This document shows positions 60,535 through 64,000 of a DNA stretch of 64,000 nt, piece by piece. This DNA is from Octopus sinensis. Its lineage: Eukaryota. Within the stretch, counting starts at the first letter, position 1; every line of letters starts with the position of its first letter. The notes below the pieces were generated by a model. The model made no database searches. It was given only the letters and a program-made list of their open reading frames with translations, and was not told the DNA's origin. The stretch covers positions 31,062,001 through 31,126,000 of the forward strand of contig NC_043000.1 of the NCBI RefSeq assembly GCF_006345805.1, given 5' to 3'. Both the position numbers and the translations under genes were made by a program.

Positions 60535-60536
<2 letters not shown>
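60145..60536 (-). mobile_element. complete SINE-C flanked by (TA)n on both sides
   Basis: Clean head GGCGTAGGAGTGGCTGTGTGG, internal CA/TA repeat and tail. Confidence 0.9.
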
Positions 60537-60567
<31 letters not shown>

Positions 60568-61829
60568 ATATATATACACACACACACAAAAGAATAAAAT
60601 AAAATAGAATAGATTTTAATCTTTGTAATCCTTTAATTTTTAACTCTAATTTAAAATTTTTTATTTTCATTCCAGTATTATTGCGACCCTTACCCTCTTA
60701 TGGTTCTATGGTCATTCAAAACCGTCCAAGAGTGGTCATGCACATCTTTACATTTCCCCAGTCACCCTGCAAAGCCATTAAAAAATCAATAGAAGTGACT
60801 TTTTTGTGAATTTTCTATCCAAAACCCAATCAAAATGCCCGAAACTTGATATGCCAATTGAATGCCAGCTAGCTGTATGTGATTGATCGGAGATTTGCAC
60901 AGCACCTGCGTGTATGTGCGCACGCACGCATGCAGCTGTATATGCAATGCCGGGTCATAGTGCTCGTGTTTATTAATTAAAAAAATTTTTCTGTTTTATT
61001 GAGGGTTAAACAATTTTATTTTTAGCTGAGAGATAACTAAAAGTACCGATATTTCTCGTGAAATAGAGGGAGATAACCCAATTTTTTAATGGGGGTGAGA
61101 TAAACATAATGGCTAGAGATTATCTATCTAATATACAATGCTAATATGGTAATGTCTGTTGACCTGACTACAAACACTAATGTTTTATGACTATCCCTCT
61201 CCCAAATTTTGGCAATGCAATGTCCTTGTGAGTGAATTTGGTAGACAGAAACTGAAAGAAGCCCATCATATGTATATATATATATATGTGTGTGTATGTA
61301 TATGTTTGTGCGTCTGTGTTTGTCCCCCCCCCCCAACGTTGCTTGACAACTGATGCTGGTGTGTTTACATCCCTGAAACTTAGCTGTTTGGCATAAGAGA
61401 GTGAGAGAATAAGTACTAGGCTTACAAAGAATAAATCCTAGGGTCGATTTGCCTGACTAAAGGTAGTGCTCCAGCATGGCCACAGTCAAATGACTGAAAC
61501 AGATAAAGGAATAAAAGAATCACTCTGTGTAAAAACCAGTTTGTCTGGAGTTAATCCACGGATTTACAATATAGAATTGTGACGAACCATAACTTTGGAC
61601 CCTGCCAAAAGATTACCTGGAGTTCTTCAATAATCTAAATAATATTGTTAGCCTTGTGTGCCAAAAGAGAGCTTGATAAGTCCTCACTATTTGTTATATA
61701 TATTCAATATAATCAAGGATATAAAATCCTCTTGAAGGGATGTCAGCATCCAAGTTTGCTGGTTTTATGCAGTGTAAGTGAAAAACTGAAGATGTTAGTT
61801 TCGCATTGATGGATTTGGGTATAAATTAC

Positions 61830-62272
61830 TTGAGTGATAGAAAAAGAAAATGGAGAAACTGATGTATAGACATCAGTTTATTTGAACATATTTAATTCTG
61901 TACAATATTAACTTCCTTGCTCCTACAGCTGTTTCCATGACCAATTAATTCAATTTGAGGAATTAAATTAATTCAAATTTTGGGTATTTCTTCAGGGGAA
62001 GGATTCAATAAAAAAGAGCTACACTTAATGTGTTGGGCGACCCTTGATTGCCTCAGATATGTGCGTTTTAGCAACCGATACATCGGTTGCTGAAGAGATA
62101 CCCAGTTAATGATATTCAGTATGAAAATTTTAATTAATTTAATTTCTCAAATTGAATTAATTGGGCATGGAAACAGCTTTAGGAGCAAGAAATTTGATAT
62201 TGTACAGAATTGAATATGTTCAAATAAATTGATGTCTATATGTCAGTTTCTCCATTTTCTTCTACTACTTAA
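61830..62272. mobile_element. foldback MITE, ~140-bp TIRs, central palindrome AGCAACCGAT-AC-ATCGGTTGCT
   Basis: The arms are reverse complements. Confidence 0.8.
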
Positions 62273-62296
62273 ATAATATATATATATATATATATA

Positions 62297-63050
62297 TCAT
62301 CATCATCGTTTAATGTTCGCTTCCCATGCTAGTATGGGTTGGACGGTTTGACTGACAGCTGGCAAGCCAGAAGGCTGCACCATGCTCAATCTGATCTGGC
62401 AAAGTTTCTACAGCTTGATGCCCTTCCTAATGCCAACTGAAAGTAATGGGTGCTTTTATGTACCACCGGCACAAGGGCCAGTCAGACGGTACTGGCAACG
62501 ACCATGCTCAAAAGGTGTTTTTTTACATGCCACCTGCACGGGAGCCAATACGGCGGCACTGGCAATGACCATGCTCAAAGTCGTTTTTCACGTGCCAGTA
62601 AGGCGATGCTGGCAACGATCATGCTCGAAAGGTGCTTTTTATGTGCCACCAGCACATGGTATATATATATATATACATATTGAGTCAAGAACATCAAAAT
62701 AAAAATTCAAATGGAAATTGTAGTTAAGACACCCATGCCAGTGACATGTAAAAAGCACTGGCCGAACGTGGCAGATGCCAGCGCCGCCTGACTGGCGTCC
62801 ATGTTGGTGACACGTAAAAGCACCAACCGATATTGGTCGTTTGCCAGCCTGCTCTGGCCCCTGTGCTGGTGGCACGTAAAAAACACCCACTACACTCACG
62901 GAGTGGTTGGCGTTAGGAAGGGCATCTAGCTGTAGAAACACTGCCAAATCAGACTAGAGCCTGGTGCAGCCTCCGTGGCTTCCCAGACCCAGGTCAAACC
63001 GTCCAACCCATCCTAGCATGGAAAATGGACGTTAAATGATGATGATGATG

Positions 63051-63052
<2 letters not shown>
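62297..63052. mobile_element. head-to-head RTE 3'UTR pair separated by short (TA)n
   Basis: Minus copy 62297-62660, plus copy 62681-63052. Confidence 0.88.
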
Positions 63053-63069
<17 letters not shown>

Positions 63070-63081
<12 letters not shown>

Positions 63082-63451
63082 TGAGGTTGTGTGGTGTCTG
63101 TCTCCTACGATTTAGATTCCTAACTACTCCCACATTTTGCGGTGCAGTTTAACCAAAAGCGGGTATCTTATAGTCGTGATTCATATCGAGCCCTTCTGGG
63201 TATTAGCGCGCGTCTACGATGAGTCTATGATTTAAAAAAAAAATTTACCATAATTTTTCCGCATTTTAAATGCATTTTCGCTCGGTTTATATAAGGGAAG
63301 TAACTCTCTAAAAATGTATTATTAAATCTCAGAATGTAAAACGCTACAGTAACCCCCCCTCTTTGTGGTTAGCCATATTGAGATGGCTATTATACTTTAC
63401 ATCTCTAAAAATGCTTATATAGTTATTTCCCTTACAAACCCGATACTGCTA

Positions 63452-63452
<1 letters not shown>
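63070..63452 (+). mobile_element. non-autonomous Helitron-like element
   Basis: Starts TATATAAAAGTGAGGTTGTGT..GTCTGTC, ends CTAG followed by T, and has no TIR or TSD. Confidence 0.6.
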
Positions 63453-63484
<32 letters not shown>

Positions 63485-63489
<5 letters not shown>

Positions 63490-64000
63490 TTGCGTCGGAA
63501 ATTAATTAGCACTTCTCAAATTTCTACATTTTCTTACATTTTCTTAATTTAATTAACTTATTATCAGAAACAAACACGTTTTTAATCAAAAATTTATTAA
63601 AACATATCCCAGTACACCACATAATTGTTATTAATCGTGAAATTTAGTCAATATCTTGTTGCTCCTCCTTTGGCAGCAATGACAGCTGCTACGCGGGTCG
63701 GCATGCTGTCTATGAGTGCCTGCAGGTACTGTGCAGGGATGGCCCTCCATGCAGCAAGAAGTTCCCCAAACAGCTCGTGTCGGTTCCTGTATTGCTGCAC
63801 ATTCAAATCCCTACCCAATCGACTCCAGAGGTTCTCAATAGGGTTCAGGTCAGGTCAGTCCATGACCGTCACCCCATGGTCCTTGAAGAAACCGGTTGTG
63901 AGCTTGGCTGTGTGGGAAGGCGCGTTGTCCTGCTGGAGCACGTACTCCTCACCACCAAAGAGGTATCCCGTACTATCTCAACGTACTTTGCTGCGTTGAT
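63485..64000 (-). mobile_element. Tc1-type transposon end (TIR after TA; transposase C-terminus, stop at 63648-63650), continuing beyond the window
   Basis: Minus-strand QQDNAPSHTA...DLNPIENLW and terminal LIDSMPTRVAAVIAAKGGATRY*. Confidence 0.85.

Noticed and set aside
53657-64000. Next ECT2 exon (expected VAVSLG..IM..EW-like peptide)
   Set aside because: No AG-bounded segment with this peptide was found by eye. It probably lies beyond the window.

Overview
Repeat-dense, AT-rich animal genomic DNA. The SINE/RTE-LINE repertoire and microsatellites suggest an octopus (inference). The only host gene found is on the + strand: four small coding exons (3653-3723, 11619-11798, 39982-40071, 53549-53656) that splice in frame into the BRCT0-BRCT1 region of an ECT2/pebble RhoGEF. 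They are separated by 7.9, 28.2 and 13.5 kb introns, and the gene continues beyond both window ends. The introns are filled with mobile DNA: about 25 mostly 5'-truncated copies of a (GAT)n-tailed RTE LINE with a hairpin VNTR in its 3'UTR, at least four tRNA-headed SINE families, R4/Dong elements in (TAA)n tracts, CR1, pogo/Tigger, Tc1, piggyBac-type and foldback MITEs, a Helitron-like element, two old CsRN1-type gypsy relics, and a young but defective CsRN1-type Ty3/gypsy tandem dimer (LTR-int-LTR-int-LTR, 40664-50845, 4-bp TSD AGCC). Most unusual observations: (1) the same antisense SINE starts about 15-25 nt after the donor of three of the four ECT2 exons; (2) a tRNA-headed element carries a hammerhead-ribozyme core; (3) a complete C4HC3 PHD finger lies inside the RTE reverse-transcriptase core; (4) one SINE family inserted at the identical homologous nucleotide of two different RTE copies; (5) a twin-priming-like RTE inversion; (6) a near-perfect 176-bp palindrome. 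SINE-B, SINE-C and SINE-D are my working labels. All alignments were by eye and repeat boundaries are approximate unless a TSD is given.
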